Below the pieces are notes generated by a model. The model saw nothing but the letters and a program-made list of their open reading frames with translations. It ran no database searches and was not told where the DNA came from. Of a stretch of 64,000 nt of DNA, positions 10,821-23,100 are shown piece after piece. The position numbers and the translations under genes are program-made. Source of the DNA: Trichoplax adhaerens (lineage: Eukaryota; Animalia; Placozoa); contig NW_002060947.1 in the NCBI RefSeq assembly GCF_000150275.1, positions 5,615,086 to 5,679,085 of the forward strand, in the 5' to 3' direction. The first letter of the stretch is position 1. Each line of letters opens with the position of its first letter.

Positions 10821-13800
10821 TAATTTAAACTCTTTTTGTATGATTTAGGCAATTCTAATCTATTTCTATAAGATAAGATCATTCCGTCAGATCATTCACA
10901 TTACTAAATTTCAATTTTATCAAGAATGTAATTTTCTGAGTTGAAATAAGTGCAAAATTTTGGTGGTAACCTGAACTAAAAATACTGTTAGTTAATATTC
11001 GGTCTCTCTCATTAAACCATAGCGGAACAAACTCCCTATCTAATTTGGTCACATGATAATCAGCAGGAGAAGCTATCGAAGATTGCGTTAACGTCTATTA
11101 AACTAAGCCTGTTACTATCAGTTAACATGTACGCTTACTCTGTTATTCTATAAAGAACTAGCTCCGAAGGGAGCTAGTTGTGCAACTTAATAACAATAAT
11201 TGTGTATACTAAATTATAATTGCAATATTATAGTAGATGAACAACGGCTACTAGTGTTATTTTTAAAAGCTAGCCAAGATGAGACTCGATTTTCATTCCA
11301 TTGAGCTTTTAATGAAAATGAATTTATTCTGATGTGTAAGATTAATATTATCCAATTAATGTAAATTATAATTTCATTCTATGTTTTACCTATTCAAGCT
11401 AATTTTTTAACATATATTGCAAGTTCGAAATCTTGAAAAATTGAATGGCTATGATAACATGATATGAAGAGATTTAGATAACCCAATTTCATGCGTTAAT
11501 AATAGTGAAAGACTTCGAATCTCGTAATAAGAAAGCTACCAAAATGATCTGACTAGAAATTGCAGAAAACGATCTTAGTATAATATTAGTTAAAGTAAAT
11601 AGTGATCATTACATCAAATTTGGTAAATCAGTGAGATATGACATAATTAATAATTTTTTTCCATGGATTGATCATTATAAATAGACAAATTGATACAATA
11701 TTTTATATATCATGGTAACTGTCAAAATCTTTATTTATTTGTTAATATAATTACTATTAACTATTCAAGGAATATCTTATTCTTTTAACGCTAATACAGT
11801 TGTATCTACCTGTTCATTAAGAGCGCAGTTAATAGGTATCTTAAAATAATGTTATGTAAATAAGCTATCGTAATAATTTAATCATCTGTACGCATTAAAA
11901 ACTGTTTTTTACTAGATTGATTTACTATTATTACAACTAAATGTTGGATATTTTCTCGCACGATTGGCCTAAAATGGGGTATTTTATATCTTTTCTCATA
12001 GTAAAATAAAGATCTTTAAGCTTACTTAGTACACCTGAATATCGCTTGATTCCACCTTGTCAGTCTGTGTAGTCCTGATATTCAAAATTTAATCAATGTC
12101 GGAATATATGTGCATATTAGACATTGGCGATATTTGAGATCGAAATCAATATCTTAACGTACTATAGTACAGAAAATTAATCATTGGCTAGGAAAATAAT
12201 ATAATAACAATTTTAATATGATATTTATTGGAAAATTCAAGTTCTCGCACGTGTTTGTATGACCATACTTTATGTAAAGTTAATATTCGTTAGTGTATCT
12301 TATTTTTGATCTTAGTAAAGTATAAATCAATATTAAATTTTCCATTATTTATTTAGAATCGATTTATTCAAAGCCAAAAGCTAATACTTTTATTATAAAG
12401 TGAGTTACCGGATTTACCAACTGATGTCTACAGAATAGTAACAATTTACATGATATAGCATCACTTTCTAAATTCGCTGCTCTACTAACAACTGAAATTA
12501 TAAATGATCGTGTTCGAAATTTAAATAATCTAGAAGTAATTCTACTTGATGGAATGCCATAATTTTTCTAAGATGGAATCTCTTAGATCTTAGATTATGC
12601 GAAATATGATCAAGATTTCAGACAATGCTGTAATTATTCATTCTAGTATATATTACATATTTTCTTGCTAACAAATTGGGAATTATAGAACTTTGATTGA
12701 AACGTAATAAGAGAGACAATCTGCCGTAATTGAGCATAATATCTATTATGATAATTTTATAGTCTTAGATATTAGAATAAACCTTTCAAAATATCTGTTA
12801 CAAAATAATTATGTGTTTCCAATTAATTATAAATAAAACTTTAATGCAACGGGCATAACGGGTAAAAAACAGACAGCTGCCTTGCTTTGTATCGATAAAA
12901 GTATACATCATGTCAAACTATTACTGCTATATTTGAAATTCTCTGTAATATCCTTTAATAACTATTTGAGTTGAGCTTATAATAGATCTGACAAGTTGTC
13001 TTCATTAAATTACAGGCTCTTAATTGACTTTTACGATACACGTTAGGAACTTTTTTATAGCATATAGTCTCTGCTTGAACATCGTTTAAATTAACGATAA
13101 TAAAACTCAAAAATTCCCAAAATGGGTTCTAAGAAATATTGAATAGTTCCAGTTTTATTTATTTATTCGTTCATTTATTCTCTGAAAGAAATGAAACTCA
13201 AAACTTTCCTGAGAAATAATTTTCTTTCATATTAATTTAATAATAGATCTAAATTATAATTTTTCTATTATTTCTATTCAAATTGCCATTACAATTATTG
13301 CTTTTATCTGGCTTACGTTTAAACAATCAATCTACCTAATCTAGAATGGGTAACAGAAATATGAGACACATCAGAAAAAATCAAAATTTAAGATCGATAT
13401 TTCTCTGTTGATCTTTAAAATATTAATCTTTAATTAAAATAGAGTAGCAGAGCCAGCTTAGTGGAGAATATTTTATATCATAGTTTTAGTCTCAATTGTT
13501 AACATAATCTTTTATAGATATTACCGTAGAATAACTATAATTGATTGTTTTACGGTTCCATGTAAAAGAATTTTTGATTACAAGGACAATAAGTATTGTA
13601 AAAACTACTGACCACAGTGCTATTTTACTTTGAGATATATTATTTTATGCGCCTTAATTTTTAATGCTGAGTCATTAAAGTAAACTTTAATAAATACTAC
13701 GCGACAACCGTTTATTTTATAGTTTATGAATTATAAAAATTTAAGATCAACTTTTTATTTTATCTACAAATGAACTCTGCTATGATATCAGAGTTAAGAT

Positions 13801-15289
13801 GTATTATATCAAATTAATTTCTGTAAGAATTCATTTATTAACCCTTTTTCAATCAAGATTTGAAGAATATTCATAAACTTTATTCTAACAAAGACAATAG
13901 CAGTTAAGATTATCCATGGGTAACGATGTTTGATTAGAGTCTCATTTAATTAAAGAAATACGCTATATCACTTAGATAGATGTAGCTTCGAAATAGTTTA
14001 TATTTTGTAACTCTTTTACATAAACTGAAAGGCATTTTATTATAAAACATAACACAGTTTACGCCTAAAGCTTTATGATGCCAGCCAGAATCAAGTTTCT
14101 TTAATAATTTTAAAAATTATTGACAAAGTTCAATAGAAACTTCTATATGTTCTCATCTGATTATGATTATTATAGACGCAAATAAACTGAAATACAGATA
14201 ATCTTTGATATCATCTGGAAGAGATATAGTCCATCATCTAATCTCGATTTGAAATAACGAATTTATTTGAAATTCTATAAGTTACCTGGCTCAAATATGG
14301 TTTAGGTTGCGTTTATATTTATGAAAACGGTATATATAATTGCTACAAACCAATTTCGTGACAAAGATAACGTACAACAAATCTGTAAATTGCTATAGTC
14401 TCCGGAATTCAGTATTCCTTAACTACCTCACAAGAATTTAGACGCCTTTGCTTCTACGTTAAAACAATTATAACACTCTTCTTTTATTCAACTATCTGCC
14501 GAGCTTAAATACCCTTCGGCAGCAGCTATCATGTATGAGTCATAACAGTTCACGAAATTTAGCTGATATGGGATAGCTGAATTAATGCAGACATATTCAT
14601 AATTTTGGACTTTTACTGAACGATTCTAGATAATTAGACTACAGTATGTCCACACACGGAATTATTTATAGTATCATCTATAATTGAATATCTTCAGGAT
14701 ATTCATCGCAAGCGTTACAAGACATATCACCATCATCAATTAATATTAGTTACCTTATGAGAACTCTTACTACAATACAGCATAATTTACTGTAACAAAA
14801 TAATAACTACTGCAGTTCTTACAGTAAGTCATTATTAGTTATCTCCATATATAAATGTTAAAAACTAAATTTAGTCATTTACTCTTCAAGGTGGTTCGTA
14901 CCGTGACAATAATGCATCACAAAAGCGATGTATTCGTTATACAATTATACAGATATAATAAATGTGTCACATAATAACTATCTTAGTCAAATGGTATTTT
15001 CTAAAGTGGCTTTTATTACAAGGTTTTAGGAATAGTAGAGCAATAACTAATTACTGCAAGAACCTAGTCTAAAATCTAAAGTATTCCGAGCTCAAAGTGA
15101 AGTGAAGTCTCTTCCCCCTTTATATTTCTTAACTTTGTTAATGTATAGTTGGATAAAATCAGTGGAAACGCGCCCAGGAACTTGGATTACTCTTATCATG
15201 TTTATCTTCATATTAAAGTATTCCCATTTTGATATGGAATGTCTGCTATACATTTAACTATCTTATCATACTCAGTAAGAACTCCGAGG

Positions 15290-15850
15290 CGTGAGTGGAG
15301 TTGAAATAGAGCACTTCATTAGCCCTTTAATTTTATTTCTTGAGTAGTATTTCTGGATGCGGAATTGGATTTTATACATCTACAGTATATAATTTAACAC
15401 TCCAGTAGCTAACGGAGGTAAAACTAAAGAATGTTCTAGCCGTAAGTTCTGAAAAAAGGATCAGTTGCTAGCGCTGTGCTCGTTTCAACTTTGAAGTTAT
15501 TATATAATTGACCACATACTAAAAATACTCATCTAGATTAACCACAGTGCTATTGTAGTAATTAATAATCGCTATAAGACACATTTATTAGGCTACCGGT
15601 AAGATATTGCTGTAATGGTTCATAGGCAAGGAGTACTTCACCCTTTCATTTCATTTATTGACTGGTATTTTAGATTTAAAATTGGATTTTTTTATCAAAT
15701 GTATGTTGATCTGTACAAGCATTGATTCCGTCAAGACTATCATTATATTTACCAGTATAAACCACTTATACCTAGTAATTTTTTATACATCGATATAATT
15801 TAATATTCCGGTAGCTAACGGAAACTAAACTAAAGAATATTCTAGCCTAG
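15290..15850. repeat. Degenerate local direct duplication
   Basis: 15372-15441 (ccagtagctaacggag...ctaaagaatgttctagcc) matches 15783-15847; 15309-15375 resembles 15631-15695. Confidence 0.7.
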
Positions 15851-18065
15851 AGTAAGACGCGATGGACATGAGTTATATGAAATGTTAATTCCATTGCAGT
15901 ATCATAGTAGTGATTATCATGCATATCTTTAACATTTGCAATTACAGGAAGTAAGAATTATTCTACTATTTATAAGACTATGATTGTCTGTCTTATTCAA
16001 TAGCCCACCTATGTATGTTAGTCTCTATGCTCCAAGTAAAATTATAATTGAACGTATTCTTATATAAAATAATAAGCTGAAGAATTTTTTGTAGCAACGA
16101 ACAGGAACTTGCATCTTACAGTACTGTACATTCATTCAGCAACGATAATATGATTGGCTAAAGCACTAATGAGTAAATATTTATTTATTTGCTTCTTCAA
16201 GTTGTATTACTTAATTTTTCGTCCTTTAGCTTCATCATAATTATTATTGTTACCGTTATTTTGTGAGTAAACATTCTTGCATAGTTACGGTAGACAAATC
16301 CTGTCAATAGTCAATGTAATGATGACTACAATCTATCAATAGAATAAAATTTCATCCAGTTTATCCTATCTTATGGCTATTATTTTGTTTTCCCATCGGT
16401 TCATTTTAACACCCAATTTTGGAGTAATATTTCCCTTATAGGTCTGTGCTAAGCCAATATGAATGTATAGAATTAAAATGGCCCTATATTTTCTAGCGGT
16501 TATAGCTCAAATCCAGTTTTGGATGGGAATACTTTAGCCAGCCAATATTCTATAGCTATTATTATTACGTAGATAAAATCGTATATTATATCCTATGTAC
16601 GAGAGTCAAAATTAAGCGCGACTGTAATAGCACTTATTTTAATATGGGATGATTATTTTTTAGAATAAGTGATTTAAAAAGTTGCCTAACTATGCAATTT
16701 ATAAGAGTATGCAATGGCTAATGTAATATGAAGAAGGTCTAAAATAAAGTTAGTTATTAAGCAGCTCTAAACTAAACCTAATATACCAGCGTATGAAGGA
16801 AATTTCATAGTTATCTTTTTTTACTTTGGCGAAATGCCTTGATAAACCCTATGTAAACTTCATAATAGGCTTGAATTATTTCTAATTATGCATGCAGAAA
16901 TTATACAGTAGAGATCATCAAGTATACTCTGGGGAATTCTACCGATACGATGTCATAGCACTAATGATAATGTTAATAAAGTCTTTTTGCGATGTCCATA
17001 TCCTTTGCCGGGCAAGGTAAAAATGGACGACTGCATAGTGACAGAGTCTGTTTTAAATTAATTGTACGATAGGATCTTGACGAACTTTTCCAAATTTTAC
17101 TTGCCTAGTAATCAACAACCTATGGCATATTTGAATATCATGAATGGCTTATTGTCCTAATAAACAAAAGTCGAGTATTTACTCTATTTATTTATTAGCC
17201 TAAGTATAGCCATTGATCATCATTGGTTAGAATTGAATGAATCTTGAATGCATTGGCAAGGATATTATTCTAGGCAATGAGTCATTCAATCTTTTCAACT
17301 TGTTCAACGTAAGTAGAATTACCACTCAACGATAGGCTACGACAGTGGGGTATGTTTAGGATTTCGTCAGCAAGGAAATGGAGAATTGGAACTATTTTAA
17401 AATCGGTGACTTTTCCAATGCTTTGAACGAATAGCTAATGAATAGAAAGCAACTTTTACCAGTAGTAGCGTCATGATTTCAATAACGGAAAAGAAAGGAT
17501 AGCTTGCGGAAGTAAACATGATCATCAAAATACGGTAGAATTGGAGTTCACATTAGTGTGGTAAATAAGCGTATTTTCCAAAGGAACATCAAGCAGTGCT
17601 CGTCGACTAAAGATGCATCAATATTGCAATTTAAAATGGACAAATATAGCGATGGTGATTGAATCTATCCTAATCAATTTTTTTAATCCTGGCAATGTTT
17701 CCACATACGCCAATAGGGGTGGATACGTTGAACAGTTATAATCATTATCAAAGCGATGCCGAGATAGCGGCTTTACTATTTCGAGCTCTGATATGCAATG
17801 TATCCTTCATAGTATGAATAGATGAATTCATCATTTTGTAGATGTAGAAGGACCGAACTATGCGCTTGGGATTTACATCATTAACATCATTATTCAGGTC
17901 AGGGAAAAAGTCTGTGAAGGCCATCAATTGCTAATTAGGATAGAAAGCCGAATTATCTCTTGAGATTGGGTAATTGACCTCATTATCCACCTCCGGAAGG
18001 AAGTACGAAAAAATAAAAGATTTCATTTGCAAATTAATATTTTTTATAAGTGTGATAGAAGTCAA

Positions 18066-18230
18066 TTATTCGCTTGAGTACAGATTGCATCACTAGCACG
18101 TTTAGATCAAGGAGGGATAACCGTGAACGAAGACTATGATCGTGCAATAGCTAAACTATTCGCTTAAGTTTTCATCATTAGCACATTCAGATCAAGGAGG
18201 GACTACCGTGAATAAAGGCCATGATCTGTA
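18066..18230. repeat. Two-copy tandem repeat of ~85-89 bp
   Basis: tattcgctt...tagcac.tt.agatcaaggaggga.taccgtgaa...atgatc occurs twice. Confidence 0.8.
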
Positions 18231-18872
18231 AATTATTCTATTGTTGTTGCAATCATCTCAACTTGGCACGTTTCTCAGCTAATTCTATTCGTACGTTAAG
18301 TCAAGTTGACTGAGCTATTTTATAAAGTAAAGTAACTAAGAACGCTTGTAAATATTGCAACCCTCGAAAAAGTTATTTCATAAATTAACGATCCACTTCT
18401 AAGTCAATTTGTAAAATTAGCAATGATTTGATGACTTTATAAAGTACAGTAGTTCATTACGTTCCGATTCTTGGTTCGGTAAACTTGACCTGGCATATGA
18501 TACGTATGTTCTTAATATCCATGGTAATACCTAATTGGAAATTCTGCTATAGCACTGCTAGAGTTATGACATATCCTTTAGGGTTGCAGTCCTGTACTTT
18601 CTGACTTTAATTCAGGCAGATCGAAATTGTTTTCTGCTCGAACACATTTATTAAAAATTTCACGTACTGTGCAGCAGTAGAATGTAAAAAGCCTATTTCA
18701 TAATTTTCCATCGAATCCAGTTTTCTGCTAGTTGCATGGTAAGCTCCGACGCTTAACCCAGTGCATCTTCCCTCCAACGTCTAGTCGACGATACTACGTC
18801 GTTTCCAGGCTAGAATCTTGCATCATTTTTTAAATGCGTAGTGCTGATTAATTGTAATTAAAGCTCTTATTT

Positions 18873-19773
18873 CTACAATATTATCCAGTGTAATTCTTCG
18901 CAGATGCGATGAACTTGTTGGCGTGAAGACTCGACATGCCGTAAATTCGCGCTATCACTAAGCTGAGCATTTACAAAACTATTCTCTACCTTACTTCATC
19001 CAATCGCAAGAGAAAATAATCTTGCATCTACAACTTTCCTTGGCCATTTCATTTGCTCTATTCCTGTTGCTCATTTCTCCCTCACCCATGTAGAACTACA
19101 ACTATAGTCCTACCTTGCCACCCCATTATACCATTCAATTCATCGATCGAATTAGTGAATAGCTCCTTCTAATAGACTGCATGACGAGTCAAGAAATGGC
19201 CTTTCATTTCATGACTTGTCCTTGTCATTCTACCATTCGATTCATCGATCGAGTTGGTGACCAGCATCCTCTATTAGACTGTACCTCATCCAAGTCCTTG
19301 ACTGCAAATATAGGAAGAAATGGCCTCTCATTTCCTAATTCGCCATCTCATTATACAGTACCATTCAATTCATCGATCGAGATGAATAGTTTCCTCGAAT
19401 CAAATCCAATAAAGAGACCAACGATAGTTCCATTTGGCATCATAGAGTTATGGATAGTACCTAAAACAAATCCAGTCAGAAACGACCTTTGATTCATGAC
19501 TTGCCTTCCCATTATACACGTACCATTCCATTCATCGATCAAGGTGGTGAATAACTTTGTAAAAAAACTGTAGATCATTTGAATTCCTTCCATGTCGATC
19601 TAGCTAGAAATGGCCTATCATTTCAAGTTTTATATTTTCATGCCAATTGGTAATGCACACCTCGCCATTGCCAAGCTGGCTGCAACAAAATGAGACATCA
19701 AATCATCCTTTGAGCTGCATGATAATGCTGGTTGAAGATGACTTTTTCTAGTAGGATGCTCATTTTTCTCCAT
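18873..19773 (-). CDS. Candidate small 3-exon gene (~70 aa) head-to-head with TMEM131
   Basis: Exons 19773-19661, 19095-19086 and 18962-18873 are GT-AG bounded and phase-compatible. No homology recognised; the first donor (GTGTGC) is weak. Confidence 0.25.
19110..19630. repeat. Degenerate repeat array: ~75-bp core with variable-length linkers
   Basis: Core agaaatggcct.tcatttc...attata..taccattcaattcatcgatc; the ccattc.attcatcgatc anchor recurs at ~19131, 19233, 19361 and 19523. Confidence 0.8.
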
Positions 19774-19950
19774 TTCTCAGCAAGGAAGGAAGCACTTCTA
19801 TCTGTTTCTACTCGTCAATCCATGCAGAAATGGCCTTTCTAGGCAAATTTTCTCCTCTCCAAGCGATGCAGGATCGCAATAATCCATTTAGCCAGCCTCG
19901 GCTGGACCACACCGCAGTACAATAATGTATTGTGGAAATAGTGTGCGTTG

Positions 19951-20090
19951 ATTGGCTAGAGTCCGCTTTGTCTTGGTTTGTTGATTGGTTGTGTATTGAA
20001 TTGCTGACATGGTTCTATCCAATCGTCGTTATGATCTACGATCACGTGGCAAAAAGCCATTGTACCCCAACAGGGTTTGACTCGGCCAAT
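19951..20090. promoter_or_regulatory. CCAAT-box cluster plus E-box, promoter of the gene starting at 20128
   Basis: ATTGG at 19951 and 19984, CCAAT at 20019 and 20086, CACGTG at 20043; 40-180 bp upstream of the ATG. Confidence 0.6.
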
Positions 20091-20127
20091 CTTATTCAGT
20101 AGGAAGCCAAGACGGCCGGAATCAATC

Positions 20128-23100
20128 ATGGCTGCAGGTTTGGGCTTGTGGCCATCGGATAGCTTCAAAATACGATTGAAAAATGGATTCTTGTTAATTA
20201 TTGCATTACTTTATTCTACCTCAAGTCTTACTTTTGCCTTTAAATCGTCTTTAACCCAAGGTAAGATGGTATTTGAACGATAGACAAGGGTTGTTGATGC
20301 GCTTGTTTGCACTTGTTTGATGCCGACCATTTTGCTCCAGTTGTCGACACATGGTGTTTACTTGATCGCCAAGGCTAAGGCTTAACGCCATCTTTCCACT
20401 TGCAATGGCATTAAAATTGCATTGAAATCCTATTGGATTGCCTACAGCTTGTCGCTAAGGAATCCAATGGGGCATGAGCTGTATTGCTACAGCTTTGGGA
20501 CGAGTTTTATCCCCATTGGCTTGGACTGCATGCTTGCCCAGACGGTGTATCTAGTTTTCCTTAGGTGGGCAACAAAACCCCAAAATGCCTAGGCAAACAA
20601 TCTTCTCTCTCATGAATGTAAAGCCATGGATAGAGGAGAACTATTTCTTCTACTTGTATAGACAAGGAATAGACCTAGCTGAGGAGTTCACTTCCATAGG
20701 GAACCATTCCACTTTTGCTTTACATTGCGTTTACTTATTTTAGCTCGGATTGCATGATCGCTCTTTTATGCATGCAGTCGGTAAAGCTGCCTTTTTCTCC
20801 AGTCGGCTCTTTCAAATAAAATCACACTAGACGAATGATCTTTCCTCCTATCCACCAGAATAATCCTTCCGGTCCATTTCCTACCCTTACAGCAAAGCCA
20901 TCTAATAAGAGAGGGAAGAGAAATTGAGTTGTTGCACTGGGTTGAATTGAAGCCATGGAAACTGGGAGCGCTGGTGCTTTATTATTGCGTTGTGGGGCTA
21001 CGCAGTATGGAATCTTTTCCTTTTTTTCTCCCAAGTCGTCTAACCAAATAAAATGATGCTTAGGCAAAGCATCATCTTCCTAGCCACTACTTTAAATTGA
21101 TTGGAAATGGCTATTTTACGTCCATTTCCTACTCTTGTGGCTAAGAGAGTGTCAATTAAAATCTTGAATAGTTGTGTTTTGACTGTGGATTGAGTTTTAT
21201 CCATCTTCTAGACATAGACTGGATGCACTTCTTCAGCCATGATTCCACTGAGCCAGTTCTTCCCTTTTGACCTTTTAACCGGCTAACAAAATAAAATGAT
21301 GGCTGGACAAACAATCCTCATGATTACTGATGATGATGATTGATTGTAGCCAATTTCCTGCACTTGTAGCTAAGTAGGTTTAATTCAATATAGAGTAGTT
21401 TATTTCCTGCCCTTTTATTGAGCAATGTGGAAGGTTCTATTGGCATCGATCATTTCATAAATAATCGACTGCTTTGCCTGTAGAACAAGAAACACCAGCC
21501 AAAAAATACGATCGCTGGTCAAGCATCCTTTCGATCATATTAGGGTAGTAAGGAAGTTCAATATGGAACATTGGAGTTTATTTTCTTCCAGTTGCAGTAA
21601 AATCGATCGTGTCCAACATCAACTCAATTGATCCTTTGCCCTGTATAGATTCCTCACTGCCCTAACATGGACTCTTGTCCATCGTAATATTTAATCTGTT
21701 CGTTGCTATTTTTCCCCTCTCCCCTGGACAAGAAAATAGACATTGGCGAAACGATCTTATTTGCCTAATAACTGTAGCATAATGATTGCTTTGAACGGAC
21801 AGCGAACTACGTTCTACAATCTAAGGGTAGTTGTATGGGATACCTTGCCTCTTACATCCATTTTATCAATCAGACAAAGAGTAGTCGCAATTCTTTCTCC
21901 ATTTTTTGAAATCCTATCCTATCCTATCACTGCGATTTTGAACCTTATTTACTCGATTACTTGTTGTTATCGATATCGTGACATGGATTCAAGGCAAAAT
22001 ATTTCTATCATCATTTACAAGTCAGTAGATTGATGAATTGGATGTCTGGCATTCACAAATCGCAAGTCTTTTTTCCATTCCCTTGGACTGTTGTTAGTAC
22101 TGTATTGATGATGTCGCTCAAATAGTCCATTACTTCTCCTTGAAACAACAAGCAGAAAAATCGATCGCTCCACCTTGACAGACTACTTCCCAATGGTGGT
22201 AAAATAGACAGCCATGATTGACATGATACTGAAGATATCAATGAGGATAAATTCTTTCCTACCTTACGCCATCTTGCCAACACTGGCAAGATCTTATGAA
22301 GTAGTGGAAGAGAATTTTTTATCCCATGTACTGTATAGCCAGGTCTGAGCAGTAACCGGCTGCCTTGTGATGTCTTGCCATGTTTGGATATTATCACTAA
22401 CGTGATTATCCCTGTGAATCAAAATACTCAGTAGATTCTGCTAATGAATCTGTCGATAAAATAGATTCTTATTATTGTTGATTATCCCTCTTTACAAATA
22501 TTGAAATGCATGCTCAAGGAATAAGCTCATGATCGTCATCATCGATTGATTGTTAACAGTCCAAGTCTGGTTTTAACCCTTGATATCAAGTAAAACAACT
22601 TTCTCGTCTTGTCTTCAAATTGTTTCTTCCTGGATACGACGAATAGATAATTTGTTTGGATGATCAATGAATATGTTGGATTAGCTTGTCTATAGACTTA
22701 TTAAGAAGTTGATTACAAGAATCTGCCTAATGATTGATTTTCCTTTTTTGAACAAATTTAGGACTTGAATGTCATGGTCGTGATCAAACCTGTTCTCGTC
22801 CCCTTTCGCCGAATATTCTACCTGTATCGAAGGTAAATCAATTTATCCAAAATTGGAATCAAGCTAGACAACCTATTTTCAAGTTATGTTAACGTCCATT
22901 AGTAATATCCAATGGTCATCACTTTACGCCATGACAGGCTGATTCATTAGCAGCCAATCCGTCATGGATTTCTCTTGCACAATCAAATGATATGTTATTA
23001 AGGACATGCAAGACTGTACAGTAAATCAATCCATCCTTCAATTCTACGGCAAATGATCACTTGAGGACTTGGTAGACAGACAGTTTATTCTTTTCAACTA

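Larger units (their letters stand above)
1..13700 (+). repeat. Tandem segmental duplication of a GPCR-bearing unit (partial copy A <1-1267, copy B 1268-~8590, copy C ~8590-~13700)
   Basis: Colinear similarity by eye: 654-1267 vs 2544-3152 (near-identical); 1268-1989 vs ~8597-9330; 3968-4220 vs 10821-11050; ~6075-8590 vs ~11390-13680. The left edge lies outside the window. Confidence 0.92.

Noticed and set aside
16900-18000. Exon-like segments with AG/GT borders on the + strand
   Set aside because: Could not assemble a consistent open multi-exon frame or recognise a product.
18730-18795. BTB/T1-like peptide RRLDVGGKMHWVKRRSL on the minus strand
   Set aside because: Bounded by stops on both sides with no continuation of the domain; probably chance.
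19110-19630. CRISPR array
   Set aside because: Eukaryotic context, long degenerate cores, highly unequal and partly related spacers, no cas genes. ORFs 19181-19492 and 19351-19593 are incidental translations of the repeat.
22020-22400. Minus-strand integrase-like motif (SNGLFER...W...L...HQST) and ORF 22053-22397
   Set aside because: Motif spacing is wrong, no upstream DD residues are recognisable, and the DNA aligns with neighbouring degenerate repeat units (e.g. 21460-21520).
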